Sequence record: MW882907
Length of the DNA: 64,000 nt
From: Escherichia phage vB_EcoM_SQ17
Reading direction: 5' to 3' (one strand)
How positions within the stretch are numbered: position 1 is the first letter of the stretch; every line of letters starts with the position of its first letter. This document shows positions 12,334 through 22,075 of this stretch, piece after piece. Below the pieces are notes generated by a model. It saw nothing but the letters and a program-made list of their open reading frames with translations. It did not search any database and was not told the DNA's origin. The position numbers were made by a program, and so were the translations under genes.

Positions 12334-13332
12334 TTATGATACTAATTCAATCCATGCAGGACGCAGAACATCTTGCACCATTCGGACTAATTCTTTCTTA
12401 ACAAGATTCGGATTATCAGATGATGTTAATACAATACCTTCGCGAGAAGTTTCTTCCAGAATATCTTGAACAGTTAATCCCATCACTTTGCCAAAATCTT
12501 TTGGTGTTACAGTCCCAATCTTAGAAATCACATTATTAACACGATTTAATGTAACATAACAAGCTAGAACATCAAGCAAGTTTTTGTCAATTTCGGTTAA
12601 TGGAACCTGAGTTTTAATAGGCTTATCAGACTTTTTCTTTTCACTGAATTTAGAGTTCTTGCACTTAATAGCTACACGAGTACCGTTTGGCAGCCATTTA
12701 GGGAAACAAGGCTTCAGAACATAACCTTCTGCTGTATTATCGCCAATAACATTAGCATCAAATACACAATTATTTGCTTCTACAAGGTCTTCTGACGCAG
12801 TAGCATTATAAGCGGCTAAGACCGAATCAAGGTCATTTGGAATCATGATAAGAGAATCAAATGTTCCACGACCAAGCATTGGCGCCATTTTAAAACCGAA
12901 TTCATTACAGAAATCTTGCATTTCGTAATCGGTCAAATACGTATTATCACCACTTTCTGTATTGATAAGGATATCGAACACATAAAAATCTTTTTCACCG
13001 TAGTCAACACCTTTCTGGATTCCACCACCAGCGAATTCACCAAATACTTGATATGATACTGCTCTAGCTTCGTGCATTAATTCCTGAACGGCTTTAATAG
13101 CTTTATCATACTTCTTGAGTACGATTTCATAGCCGTAAAAATCTTCTGCTGGAAGAATAGGGCCTGTGCGCTTGGCGCATGTGACGTTGTCACGTTCAAT
13201 TATTAACGAGAAGTTGGTCCCGTGGATTTTCTCACGTGCTACCCAAACACCAGTAGTCAAACCATTAGTGTAGAGGTTTTCAATAAACTTAGAGTTGTAG
13301 TGGTTTTCAAGACTGCTGTATTTCTTAAACAT
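12334..13332 (-). CDS. rnlB: RNA ligase 2 (Rnl2)
   Basis: 332 aa; nucleotidyltransferase motif I KIHGTN; position after gene 24 as in T4. Confidence 0.92.
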   Translation of the reverse strand: MFKKYSSLENHYNSKFIENLYTNGLTTGVWVAREKIHGTNFSLIIERDNVTCAKRTGPILPAEDFYGYEIVLKKYDKAIKAVQELMHEARAVSYQVFGEFAGGGIQKGVDYGEKDFYVFDILINTESGDNTYLTDYEMQDFCNEFGFKMAPMLGRGTFDSLIMIPNDLDSVLAAYNATASEDLVEANNCVFDANVIGDNTAEGYVLKPCFPKWLPNGTRVAIKCKNSKFSEKKKSDKPIKTQVPLTEIDKNLLDVLACYVTLNRVNNVISKIGTVTPKDFGKVMGLTVQDILEETSREGIVLTSSDNPNLVKKELVRMVQDVLRPAWIELVS

Positions 13333-13423
13333 AAATCACCATTATAAATAATAATATCAAAATAATTAGCAGAGACTCTGTCTCTGACCGGATGTTTAAT
13401 TTGAATGGATAGAACCTAGATTC

Positions 13424-13449
13424 ATTATACCATCAAAAAATGTAAAGCA
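13424..13449 (-). promoter_or_regulatory. T4 middle promoter (MotA box TGCTTTA, 13 nt, -10 TATAAT) upstream of rnlB
   Basis: Minus strand reads tatGCTTTAcattttttgatggTATAATgaa. Confidence 0.55.
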
Positions 13450-13451
13450 TA

Positions 13452-13703
13452 CTAGAACTTGATTTCTATCCAGTGCCCATCACGCTGGTCGTGATTAATT
13501 TTGTACTGAAAGCCGTTATCACGGAACCACTGGCCGATTTGCTCGGTGATAGTTAAATCATTCTTTGACGGATAGTATGTAAATTGTGTCTGGCCTTTGT
13601 CAGCGGCTTTCTCTGCCATCACAGAGAAGTTAGTAATAAAATCTTTCAACAAATTGGCTTTAGTGGCCAGGGCCCTTTCTCTTAATTCCTGTGCAAAACT
13701 CAT
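13452..13703 (-). CDS. Hypothetical protein (T4 24.2 position)
   Basis: 83-aa ORF, gene order. Confidence 0.6.
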   Translation of the reverse strand: MSFAQELRERALATKANLLKDFITNFSVMAEKAADKGQTQFTYYPSKNDLTITEQIGQWFRDNGFQYKINHDQRDGHWIEIKF

Positions 13704-13900
13704 TTCTTCACCTTTTTGTTAATCAAACGTTTACGGTATACAACTTTTTCTTTTGCTTTAAACTTTGACCGAGCTGTCTCGGCTTTAGTCCATAGTAATC
13801 CAACTTCTTTAGGTTGTAAACCGATTTTTTGAGCAATTTCTACGAATGAAAATCCCGCCTCATGTAATGTATAAACTTCAACTTCAGCTCTCATAATCAA
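13700..13900 (-). CDS. Hypothetical protein (T4 24.3 position), possible HTH
   Basis: 66-aa ORF overlapping neighbour by 4 nt; basic C-terminus. Confidence 0.6.
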   Translation of the reverse strand: MIMRAEVEVYTLHEAGFSFVEIAQKIGLQPKEVGLLWTKAETARSKFKAKEKVVYRKRLINKKVKK

Positions 13901-13959
13901 TCCCGTATTATTTGGTTTGTGCCATTATACATCAATCTCAAGATGTGTTTGTATGCTTT

Positions 13960-13988
13960 AAAAACGAAGAAAGGGGCCGAAGCCCCTT
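13960..13988 (-). terminator. Stem-loop terminator downstream of hoc (minus strand)
   Basis: AAGGGGC-TTCG-GCCCCTT then TCTTCGTTTTT on minus strand. Confidence 0.6.
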
Positions 13989-13992
13989 ACGA

Positions 13993-15123
13993 TTATGGAT
14001 AGGTATAGATGATACCAGTTTCCAAAGCAGTTTTATGGATGATGTATCCATTACGTGATTCTTGAACATCAACTTCCGGATAATCTTGCATCATCTTCTG
14101 AAGAGTGTAACGATGCAGGTAATATTTACTATCCGGGTCGTCAGTTTTCCAATCTTTACCTTCTTCGGCCATTTTTTGGATTTCATCCATAACCCACCAA
14201 CCGCACCAGATATAAGCTGAAGTACGATGTGGAAGAGGATGAACATAAGGTAGTTCACCTTCTGGTTCTGGAGCAACTTTATCAGTCACTTGAACTTGAC
14301 CTTCTGCTGTAATAGTTTTGCTATCGTAATCAGTTGCAGTAATAGTTGCAGTCACTTCAATAGTTTGACTTCCAATAGATGATGTATCAACGGTGTATAC
14401 GTTAGTTGACCCTTCTACAGGAGAAGAATCTTTCTTCCATGAATATTCGATTTGCGCTTCTTCAGGAGCATCAGTTACATTAGCAGTAAATGTAGCCGAA
14501 GCATCTTGCTGAACGTTAATAGAAGGAGGAGTCAATGTAACCTGTGGATTCATTGTCTTCTTATTAACCGTTAATGATACTTCATTCGAAGTAACTTCCT
14601 TTGCATCATAATCTGTTGCGGTTACTTGGGCTACACATTTAATTCTTTTTACACCACTTGTAGTTGGAGTATAGCTAAATGTAGAGTTAGTTTCTCCACC
14701 AACCTGTGAATCATCTACATACCACTGATACGTAGCAGACGCTCCAGCTGGTTGAGAAGCTAAGGCAGCAGTAAATTGAACTGGGGTTCCAATTACTCCA
14801 GCTGAAGGACTATTAGGAGTTACTGCCAACGTAGTTGTCTGAGTTTTATTTTTAACCGTGATAGTCGTAGTAATTTCTGCTGTTTCAGCGTCAGTATCAG
14901 GAATAGTATTTGTTGCAACGACTTTAATTGTTTTTGTTCCAGCAGGTCCTTTTAACACATAATCAAAAGTTTCTGCCGATCCTACTTGAGGAGCACCGTC
15001 TACACTCCATGCATAGGTAATAGTTCCACCTCCAGTTTCACCACTGGGAGTAGCAGTAAACTGCTTAGTCTCATCTATAACTCCAGTAGGTGTTTTAGGA
15101 GTTATATCAACTGTAAAAGCCAT
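13993..15123 (-). CDS. hoc: Highly immunogenic outer capsid protein Hoc (Ig-like domains)
   Basis: 376 aa; near-identical to recalled T4 Hoc; repeated Ig-like segments. Confidence 0.96.
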   Translation of the reverse strand: MAFTVDITPKTPTGVIDETKQFTATPSGETGGGTITYAWSVDGAPQVGSAETFDYVLKGPAGTKTIKVVATNTIPDTDAETAEITTTITVKNKTQTTTLAVTPNSPSAGVIGTPVQFTAALASQPAGASATYQWYVDDSQVGGETNSTFSYTPTTSGVKRIKCVAQVTATDYDAKEVTSNEVSLTVNKKTMNPQVTLTPPSINVQQDASATFTANVTDAPEEAQIEYSWKKDSSPVEGSTNVYTVDTSSIGSQTIEVTATITATDYDSKTITAEGQVQVTDKVAPEPEGELPYVHPLPHRTSAYIWCGWWVMDEIQKMAEEGKDWKTDDPDSKYYLHRYTLQKMMQDYPEVDVQESRNGYIIHKTALETGIIYTYP

Positions 15124-15132
15124 AAGTTATCC

Positions 15133-15801
15133 TTATTTTAATGTTACGAAAGAAGAATTACGAGATTCACGAATTAGAACTGATCCATCGCGATTAATAT
15201 AATAAATTAAGCTAAATAATGTTTGGTGAGCAGAAGCATGCACAAAACTAGTTGGGCGAGATTTCCAATCAGGCGTTTCGGCTATCCATTGATAAATCCA
15301 CCAAGGAACAGTAACATATCCTGGGGCTTTGCCTAATTTAATGAGTGTAGGACTAAAATTTTCAGGCAGAACAAAGTTTACTTCTTTATTTACATCTGCC
15401 TCAGGCTCTTTTTCGGATTCAACAATCTGAGTAATTGCTTCTTCGAATTTATCATGGTCGAATTCTTTTTCTTGTTCGACAACTTCTAATACTTCAACTT
15501 GTTCTGTTGGAGAATCAAACAACAGAATAGCTTCTTCTTTAACTTCTTCGTTGGTGAAATTAACACCGTCTACATCATCTGCGGCAGTAATTAAATCGGT
15601 GATAGATAATCCATCAGTTTCAGGTAATGGTTCATCAGCCAGTGCGTTAAGAGCTTCTTCGATATCAATAACAATATTATCGAATGATTTTGTTTTCTTA
15701 ACACTAATGCCAAATTGTTCCGCATATTCAAACAGTTTAGCTTTGGCTTCCTTTTTATCAGAAAGAGCACGTAACTCTTCAATATAGTCTTTATCGATCA
15801 T
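15133..15801 (-). CDS. inh: Inh, inhibitor of prohead protease gp21
   Basis: 222 aa acidic protein at T4 inh position between hoc and uvsW. Confidence 0.8.
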   Translation of the reverse strand: MIDKDYIEELRALSDKKEAKAKLFEYAEQFGISVKKTKSFDNIVIDIEEALNALADEPLPETDGLSITDLITAADDVDGVNFTNEEVKEEAILLFDSPTEQVEVLEVVEQEKEFDHDKFEEAITQIVESEKEPEADVNKEVNFVLPENFSPTLIKLGKAPGYVTVPWWIYQWIAETPDWKSRPTSFVHASAHQTLFSLIYYINRDGSVLIRESRNSSFVTLK

Positions 15802-15814
15802 GGTATTTCCTCAT

Positions 15815-15822
15815 TATAAATA
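15815..15822 (+). promoter_or_regulatory. T4 late promoter core TATAAATA for uvsW
   Basis: Exact TATAAATA about 30 nt upstream of uvsW start. Confidence 0.6.
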
Positions 15823-15851
15823 TAACTATATTTATTACATGGTAATTTGAC

Positions 15852-17366
15852 ATGACTGACATTAAAGTACATTTTTATGATTTTAGTCACGTGCGCATTG
15901 AATGCGACGAAAGTACGTTTTACGAACTTCGTGACTTTTTTAGTTTTGAAGCTGACGGGTATAAATTTAACCCAAAATATCGCTATGGGCAATGGGATGG
16001 TAGAATTCGACTTTTAGATTATAACCGTTTGTTACCATATGGACTTGTAGGACAAATAAAAAAGTTCTGTAACAATATGAGTTATTCTGTATGGATTGAC
16101 CCTAAAATCTTTGAGACAGAAGACCTTACCAGGGAAGATTTTGACGCGTGGCTTTCTAAACAAGAAATTTATTCGGGCAATTCCAAAATCGAACCACATT
16201 GGTATCAAAAAGATGCAGTATACGAAGGACTAGTTAATCGTCGTCGAATTTTAAACCTTCCGACATCAGCAGGTAAATCACTAATCCAAGCACTTTTAGC
16301 TCGATATTATCTAGAGAACTATGAAGGTAAAATTCTCATTATCGTCCCTACAACAGCATTGACAACCCAGATGGCTAATGATTTTGTTGATTATCGCTTG
16401 TTTAGTCATTCGATGATTAAGAAAATTGGCGGTGGTGCTGATAAAGCAGACAGAGCTAAAAACGACGCTCCAATTATTGTTGGCACATGGCAAACGGTAG
16501 TTAAGCAGCCTAAAGAATGGTTCTCTCAGTTCGGTATGATGATGAATGATGAATGCCACTTAGCAACAGGCAAAAGTATTTCTTCAATCATCTCAGGATT
16601 AAATAATTGCATGTTTAAATTCGGTTTATCTGGCTCATTAAGAGATGGAAAAGCCAATGTAATGCAGTACGTAGGTATGTTCGGCGAAATCTTCCGTCCT
16701 GTTAGCACGTCTAAATTAATGGAAGACGGACAGGTAACTGAGCTTAAGATTAATAGTATTTTCCTTCGTTATCCAGACGAATTCACTGTTAAATTAAAAG
16801 GTAAAACATACCAAGAAGAAGTTAAAATTATTACCGGACTAAAACGACGTACAAAGTGGATTGCTCAACTTTCAGTCAAATTGGCTAAGAAAGACGAGAA
16901 CGCCTTTGTAATGTTTAAACACGTTACACACGGTAAAGAAATATTTGAAGCTATTAAAGAGCTTGGATACGAAAAAGTTTATTACGTATCAGGTGAAGTT
17001 GATACTGAAACACGTAACGCGCTTAAAGTCATGGCAGAAAATGGTAAAGGCATTATTATTGTCGCATCATATGGAGTATTCTCTACTGGTATTTCAGTCA
17101 AGAATCTTCATCATGTTATTTTTGCCCATGGTGTTAAATCAAAAATTATAGTACTTCAAACCGTAGGTCGCGTGCTTCGTAAGCATGGTTCTAAAGCTGT
17201 TGCTACAGTTTGGGATCTCATCGATGACGCAGGTGTAAAACCTAAATCATTAAATACTAAAAAGAAGTATACTCATCTTAATTACTTGTTAAAACACGGT
17301 ATTGATCGTATCCAACGTTACGCTGATGAGAAATTTAACTATGTAATGAAAACAATTAATTTATAA
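15852..17366 (+). CDS. uvsW: UvsW RNA-DNA/DNA helicase (SF2)
   Basis: 504 aa; helicase motifs (GSGKS-like TSAGKS, DECH); T4 UvsW about 502 aa; gene order. Confidence 0.93.
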   Translation: MTDIKVHFYDFSHVRIECDESTFYELRDFFSFEADGYKFNPKYRYGQWDGRIRLLDYNRLLPYGLVGQIKKFCNNMSYSVWIDPKIFETEDLTREDFDAWLSKQEIYSGNSKIEPHWYQKDAVYEGLVNRRRILNLPTSAGKSLIQALLARYYLENYEGKILIIVPTTALTTQMANDFVDYRLFSHSMIKKIGGGADKADRAKNDAPIIVGTWQTVVKQPKEWFSQFGMMMNDECHLATGKSISSIISGLNNCMFKFGLSGSLRDGKANVMQYVGMFGEIFRPVSTSKLMEDGQVTELKINSIFLRYPDEFTVKLKGKTYQEEVKIITGLKRRTKWIAQLSVKLAKKDENAFVMFKHVTHGKEIFEAIKELGYEKVYYVSGEVDTETRNALKVMAENGKGIIIVASYGVFSTGISVKNLHHVIFAHGVKSKIIVLQTVGRVLRKHGSKAVATVWDLIDDAGVKPKSLNTKKKYTHLNYLLKHGIDRIQRYADEKFNYVMKTINL

Positions 17367-17391
17367 GGGCTTCGGCCCTTAGGAGATAAAA

Positions 17392-17625
17392 ATGGTACTT
17401 GAATTTAAACAATTTTTATACGAAGCATCTATTGACGAATTCATGGGTAAAATTGCTAGTTGTCATACCTTAGAAGGGCTTGAAGAATTGGAAGCTTATT
17501 ATAAGAAACGTATAAAAGAAACGGAATTAAAAGATACAGATGATATTTCTGTCAGGGATGCCTTAGCAGGTAAGCGTGCCGAACTTGAAGGCGACGATGA
17601 TGAGGATGAGGAAGAAGACTTCTAA
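17392..17625 (+). CDS. uvsW.1: UvsW.1 small acidic helicase accessory protein
   Basis: 77 aa with acidic C-terminus directly downstream of uvsW, as in T4. Confidence 0.8.
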   Translation: MVLEFKQFLYEASIDEFMGKIASCHTLEGLEELEAYYKKRIKETELKDTDDISVRDALAGKRAELEGDDDEDEEEDF

Positions 17626-17627
17626 TT

Positions 17628-17662
17628 AAAAAAAGGCCCGACCTTTTTGGAAGGGCCAAAAC
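17628..17662. terminator. GC-rich stem-loop flanked by A/T runs between uvsW.1 and convergent minus-strand genes
   Basis: AAAAAAAGGCCC...GGGCCAAAAC inverted repeat. Confidence 0.45.
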
Positions 17663-17682
17663 CATAGGCAAAAAAGGTAACA

Positions 17683-17850
17683 CTATAGTAAAAGTTGGGT
17701 TTCGTTCAATTGCTCTTCTGAACTTTCTGAAACCGGCATTTGTTGGACATAGTTATAACAAGGGCCAGGATGTGCTGGTCCTTTGTCTGTTTCAACAACC
17801 AATGCAGAATCGATTGGAGTTTTACAGACAACACAAATCTTATCTGACAT
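17683..17850 (-). CDS. Hypothetical small protein (55 aa, three Cys incl. a CxxC pair; not in supplied ORF track)
   Basis: ATG at 17848-17850 with upstream AGGAGG-like RBS; hand translation MSDKICVVCKTPIDS...; below the 60-aa track cutoff. Confidence 0.4.
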   Translation of the reverse strand: MSDKICVVCKTPIDSALVVETDKGPAHPGPCYNYVQQMPVSESSEEQLNETQLLL

Positions 17851-17882
17851 GATTGCCTCCTAAGTTGAAATTACATATCTAT

Positions 17883-18107
17883 TTATACAACTCGCATGCA
17901 CATATCGATACCCATATCTTTTGTATAAAAATACTCGTCGATGTACCCAGCAAACTTCCCTTTAATATAAAGGACGTCTTCGCCACAAGGGTGGTCTGCC
18001 AGGATACGAATATCCTGACGACGTAGACGATACTTTTCCATTAAGAATTTAATTTCAGTTTCAAATTCTTCATCATTATTAAAGGCATCTTCAATCGAAT
18101 AACGCAT
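17883..18107 (-). CDS. Hypothetical protein (T4 uvsY.-1 position)
   Basis: 74-aa ORF immediately downstream of uvsY. Confidence 0.6.
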   Translation of the reverse strand: MRYSIEDAFNNDEEFETEIKFLMEKYRLRRQDIRILADHPCGEDVLYIKGKFAGYIDEYFYTKDMGIDMCMRVV

Positions 18108-18520
18108 TATTGCCCCGCTTCAAATTCTCGCATATCCTGGATATGTTTAAGTGCAAAACTACGAGACTTAACTGCGTCAAGTGCACCACTACAGAACTCA
18201 AGTAAAATTCCCCAGTATTGTAAAGTAGTCTCTATTTTAAGCACATCTTTATCTGCAGCCAGGACAGTTTTCATTTCAGATTTCTCGTATCGGTCCATAC
18301 TGAATTCATCACCGTCACCTCGTCCCGAGTAGTAGTCTAATCTTGCTTTTAGAGCAGTTTTCTTCTGAGTCTCTATACGCAACATTTCTTTACGAATAAA
18401 TGAGTGCTTACGTAGCCATTTGCTGTATAACTTAACATTATTCGCCGTCTCATATTGCAACTTTGTCATATCAATAGCTAAGTCTGCGTCTAACTCTTCC
18501 TGTAAATCTTCCAGCTTCAT
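18107..18520 (-). CDS. uvsY: UvsY recombination mediator protein
   Basis: Track ORF 18107..18601 extends N-terminally; recalled T4 UvsY (137 aa) aligns from internal Met MKLEDLQEEL, giving 137 aa. Confidence 0.92.
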   Translation of the reverse strand: MKLEDLQEELDADLAIDMTKLQYETANNVKLYSKWLRKHSFIRKEMLRIETQKKTALKARLDYYSGRGDGDEFSMDRYEKSEMKTVLAADKDVLKIETTLQYWGILLEFCSGALDAVKSRSFALKHIQDMREFEAGQ

Positions 18521-18600
18521 AATGTTCTCTCTTTTAACTAATAATCTCCCGGCTGTATCGGAAGGACCTAAAACCATTATACATAGGTTGCCTTGAAGCA

Positions 18601-18999
18601 TTACACTCTATTGCTTGACGCTAACTGAAGTTTAATTTGTTCAATATCGTCAGGGTTGTCTACGACCGAAAATCTAATCTCTACTATAACCGTATAGTCA
18701 TCATATACTGGCGTTACACTTACAGAAAGTTTGTCGATGCGTGGCTCATAGTTACGAACAGCTGCCTGGATATTACGCTCAATCGTATCGGCTGTAAGTG
18801 GTGTCATGTTCTCGAAAAGTTCGTCGACCAAATCGCATCCAAATTCAGGGTCGAAGGGGCGTGAGCCTTTTCTAGTTGTCACTATGCCAAGAAGACTATT
18901 TTTAATAGAACGAAGTCCTACAGAACGAGCAACGTCCTTGTTCCAATCCATACGCATTTCTGGGTCGATATCTGAATAAAGTTTATTGATATTAGACAT
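18601..18999 (-). CDS. 25: Baseplate wedge protein gp25
   Basis: 132 aa; N-terminus MSNINKLYSDIDPEM matches T4 gp25. Confidence 0.93.
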   Translation of the reverse strand: MSNINKLYSDIDPEMRMDWNKDVARSVGLRSIKNSLLGIVTTRKGSRPFDPEFGCDLVDELFENMTPLTADTIERNIQAAVRNYEPRIDKLSVSVTPVYDDYTVIVEIRFSVVDNPDDIEQIKLQLASSNRV

Positions 19000-19625
19000 T
19001 ATAGTAACTCAAAGAATTCTTTGAGGCCTCGTATTGTGTGAACGTGTGACGCCCCACATTTGGGACATTTAATAGGGGTTGCCAGATAAATTGATGGCGA
19101 TACTAAAAGATTTTTAATATTGATCATGTCATCTTCTGTTATAAGGCCGTAAAGGTCGTTTATTTCTGCTTCAGTTAAATCTTCAACAGGGATGGACTCT
19201 CCATTGACAAAAACGGCCTCAATACATGAAGCAATCATTAATGCGATATTTTTATCGTCAAATAATTTAGGTTGACGGAACTTAATTTTAATACCGCTGA
19301 ACGAATACCAGGGATCGGCCTGTTCATCTAATTGAGTGTGCAATAAATTCATATAGACTTGAAATGAATGCCCACAGGAACAATTCCAGGTGTGTTCTTG
19401 ATTCACTTCACCTAATGAATGTGCCCACAGATTTACCAACAATAACTCGGCTTCTTGTTTAGTCAAGTTTTTAGCGTTAGAGCAATTAGTGATAATGTTG
19501 TTCACTGCTGATTCAATAGTACCGGTAGCCCGCGCACCAATGAGTCCTAAATATTCTTTTAAAGTAAAGGCTCTACAATTCACTTCTTTATCGCCTAAAC
19601 GTACGGTAAACGTATATTTGTACAT
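18999..19625 (-). CDS. 26: Baseplate hub protein gp26
   Basis: 208 aa as T4 gp26; gene order 25-26 divergent from 51. Confidence 0.88.
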   Translation of the reverse strand: MYKYTFTVRLGDKEVNCRAFTLKEYLGLIGARATGTIESAVNNIITNCSNAKNLTKQEAELLLVNLWAHSLGEVNQEHTWNCSCGHSFQVYMNLLHTQLDEQADPWYSFSGIKIKFRQPKLFDDKNIALMIASCIEAVFVNGESIPVEDLTEAEINDLYGLITEDDMINIKNLLVSPSIYLATPIKCPKCGASHVHTIRGLKEFFELL

Positions 19626-19643
19626 GTTAACTCCTTTATTGTG

Positions 19644-19655
19644 TATTTATAAATA
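19644..19655. promoter_or_regulatory. Overlapping divergent late promoters (TATTTATAAATA) for gene 26 (minus) and gene 51 (plus)
   Basis: TATAAATA on plus at 19648-19655 and on minus as TATTTATA at 19644-19651. Confidence 0.6.
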
Positions 19656-19672
19656 ATAGAAAAGGAGTAATT

Positions 19673-20425
19673 ATGGCTAATATAATTCGTTGTAAATTAC
19701 CGGATGGTGTTCATCGTTTTAAGCCGTTCACTGTGGCGGATTATAGAGACTTTTTACTAGTTAGAAATGATATCGAACATCGTTCGCCACAAGAACAAAA
19801 AGAAATAATTGCCGATCTGATTGATGATTATTTTGGCGAGTACCCTAAAACATGGCAACCATTTATATTCCTGCAAGTTTTTGCAGGCTCTATAGGCAAA
19901 ACAAAAGTTCCTGTTATTTTCACTTGCCCTAAATGCTCTAAAGAAAAAACTGCACCATTTGAGATATATCAAAAAGAACTAGTCGAACCTGAACTTGATG
20001 TTGCTGGTATAAAAATACGTTTTTCTTTCCCTGAAAAGTTTTATGACAATAAAGCATTAATGATAAGTGAAAACATAAAAGAAATATATTATAATGATGA
20101 ATGGTACCCATGGAATGATTTGACTGAAGAGAACCAAATCCAAGTAATAGAAGCAATAGACATTGACTCACTCGAAAAGGTTATTGCTTCTATGAACCCT
20201 ATTAATTTGACCCTTAGATTAGGTTGTTGTGAACGTCATGTTAAAACATATACTGATATATTAGAGGTTTTTAAATTGTTAGTTAACCCTGATGAGATTT
20301 TTACATTCTATCAGATAAACCATTCACTAGTAAAGAGTCAATACACATTGGATTCTATTATGCAAATGATTCCTGTTGAACGTGGTATTGCTTTAACATT
20401 AGTAGAAAAGGACCATAAAAAATGA
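19673..20425 (+). CDS. 51: Baseplate hub assembly catalyst gp51
   Basis: 250 aa (T4 gp51 249 aa); gene order. Confidence 0.88.
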   Translation: MANIIRCKLPDGVHRFKPFTVADYRDFLLVRNDIEHRSPQEQKEIIADLIDDYFGEYPKTWQPFIFLQVFAGSIGKTKVPVIFTCPKCSKEKTAPFEIYQKELVEPELDVAGIKIRFSFPEKFYDNKALMISENIKEIYYNDEWYPWNDLTEENQIQVIEAIDIDSLEKVIASMNPINLTLRLGCCERHVKTYTDILEVFKLLVNPDEIFTFYQINHSLVKSQYTLDSIMQMIPVERGIALTLVEKDHKK

Positions 20426-21594
20426 CAGTATTCCAACGTCCAGGATATCCTAACTTAAGCGTTAAATTATATCAAGATTATTCGGCTTGGCAAGAAAATA
20501 GATATGTTGAACTCGCAGCAACAATAACAACTTTAACCATGCGAGATTCGCTATATGGAAGAAATGAAGGGATTCTTCAATTTTATGACACTAAAAACAT
20601 CCACACTAAAATGGATGGTAGACAGATAGTCCAAATCTCTGTTTCAAATTCAAACACACCTCTCCAAGTTAGAACTCGAATTTATGGATGCAGACATTAT
20701 TCTGTGTCTGTGGACTCAAAAGGTGACAATATTATTGCAATTGAGCTTGGAACAATACATTCTATAGAGAACCTTAAATTTGGGCGACCATTCTTCTCAG
20801 ACGCAGGAGAATCTATACGTGAAATGTTAGGTGTCATATATAAAGACCGTACGTTAATTACTCCGCCAATAAACACTATTAATGCTTATGTTCCTGATAT
20901 TCCTTGGACAAGCACATTTGATGATTATTTGGCATATGTCAGAGAATTAGGACTTGCTACAGCGAGTGATAAGTTCGTATTCGTATGGCAAGATATTTTA
21001 GGCGTAAACATGATTGACTATGATACTCTTATTGGTCAGGAAGGCATTAAGATGATTGTAGGCGAGCCAAATACTGTAGGTCAGTATATTCAAGAGCTTG
21101 AGTATCCATTAGTATGGGATTTCACCTGGATGACTAAAGCTAACCAATTTACAAGAGACCCTATTAAAAACGCCACGGTATTCGCTCATTCATTTTTAGA
21201 TACATCTATTCCGGTTATTGTTACAGGTGATGGTGATAATGCTATTCTTGTGTCAAGATCAGGTGGATATTCTGAAATGACCTATCGTAATGGATTTGAA
21301 GAAGCAAGTCGTCTTCAGACAATGGCTCAATATGACGGATATGCTAAATGCACTACTACAGGTAATTTTAACATAACGCCTGCCACTAAAATTATATTTG
21401 TTGACCAAAAGAACCAATTCAAATCCGAATTTTACGTGGATGAAGTTATTCATGAGTTATCAAATAACAACTCACAAACTCATCTGTACATGTTTACCAA
21501 CTCAATGGTGTTAGAACCTGTTAACCCAGTTAAGGTTAAAAATGAACTTAAATCTGATTCTACCTCTAAAGAAAATAATTCTACCACAGTCTAA
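20422..21594 (+). CDS. 27: Baseplate hub protein gp27
   Basis: 390 aa (T4 gp27 391 aa); gene order. Confidence 0.93.
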   Translation: MTVFQRPGYPNLSVKLYQDYSAWQENRYVELAATITTLTMRDSLYGRNEGILQFYDTKNIHTKMDGRQIVQISVSNSNTPLQVRTRIYGCRHYSVSVDSKGDNIIAIELGTIHSIENLKFGRPFFSDAGESIREMLGVIYKDRTLITPPINTINAYVPDIPWTSTFDDYLAYVRELGLATASDKFVFVWQDILGVNMIDYDTLIGQEGIKMIVGEPNTVGQYIQELEYPLVWDFTWMTKANQFTRDPIKNATVFAHSFLDTSIPVIVTGDGDNAILVSRSGGYSEMTYRNGFEEASRLQTMAQYDGYAKCTTTGNFNITPATKIIFVDQKNQFKSEFYVDEVIHELSNNNSQTHLYMFTNSMVLEPVNPVKVKNELKSDSTSKENNSTTV

Positions 21595-22075
21595 TAAAAA
21601 GGTAATGATTCCTAAATTAGGGCTCAAACATTATAATCTTTTAAAGGACGTTAAAGGTCCTGACGAAAACATGAAAATCTTAGCTGATTCTATTTGTAAA
21701 AATATGAGTCCCGCAGATTTTGATTTTGCATGTCTACACATATTGGAATTTAATAACAAACTTAAGTCTGAAGTTGAAAAAGATGGATTCACTTATAAAC
21801 TAGATGACGTCTATGTATGCCAACGAACAGAATTCCAATTTCAAGGTAATACTTTTTATTTTAGACCCCCAGGCAAATTTGAACAATTCGCTACAATCAG
21901 TGAAATGCTATCAAATTGCTTAATAAAAGTTAATGACGAAGAGAAAGAAATTTCTTTCCTTGAGATGCCTGCTTTTGTAATCAAATGGGCAGAAGACCTT
22001 TCGACAACTATTGCTATTCCAGGCCCTAATGGCCCTATTAAGGGTATAGCAGAAATTATTGGATTGCTTGAATGA
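21542..22075 (+). CDS. 28: Baseplate hub distal subunit gp28 (true start may lie downstream of track start)
   Basis: 177-aa track ORF overlaps gp27 by 53 nt; T4 gp28 is 177 aa; gene order. Confidence 0.8.
   Translation: MNLNLILPLKKIILPQSNKKVMIPKLGLKHYNLLKDVKGPDENMKILADSICKNMSPADFDFACLHILEFNNKLKSEVEKDGFTYKLDDVYVCQRTEFQFQGNTFYFRPPGKFEQFATISEMLSNCLIKVNDEEKEISFLEMPAFVIKWAEDLSTTIAIPGPNGPIKGIAEIIGLLE

Noticed and set aside
13343-13350. Plus-strand TATAAATA just beyond the rnlB start
   Set aside because: No plus-strand gene lies downstream for over 2 kb; likely a chance occurrence in AT-rich intergenic DNA.
18107-18601. 164-aa ORF as full-length uvsY
   Set aside because: Recalled T4 UvsY (137 aa) aligns from the internal Met (MKLEDLQEEL); the upstream extension is probably untranslated leader containing promoter elements.
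21542-21594. 53-nt overlap between gp27 and gp28 as evidence for a frameshift or fused gene
   Set aside because: More likely the gp28 start is mis-assigned by the ORF finder (alternative in-frame Met downstream) or this is ordinary gene overlap; no slippery sequence is evident.
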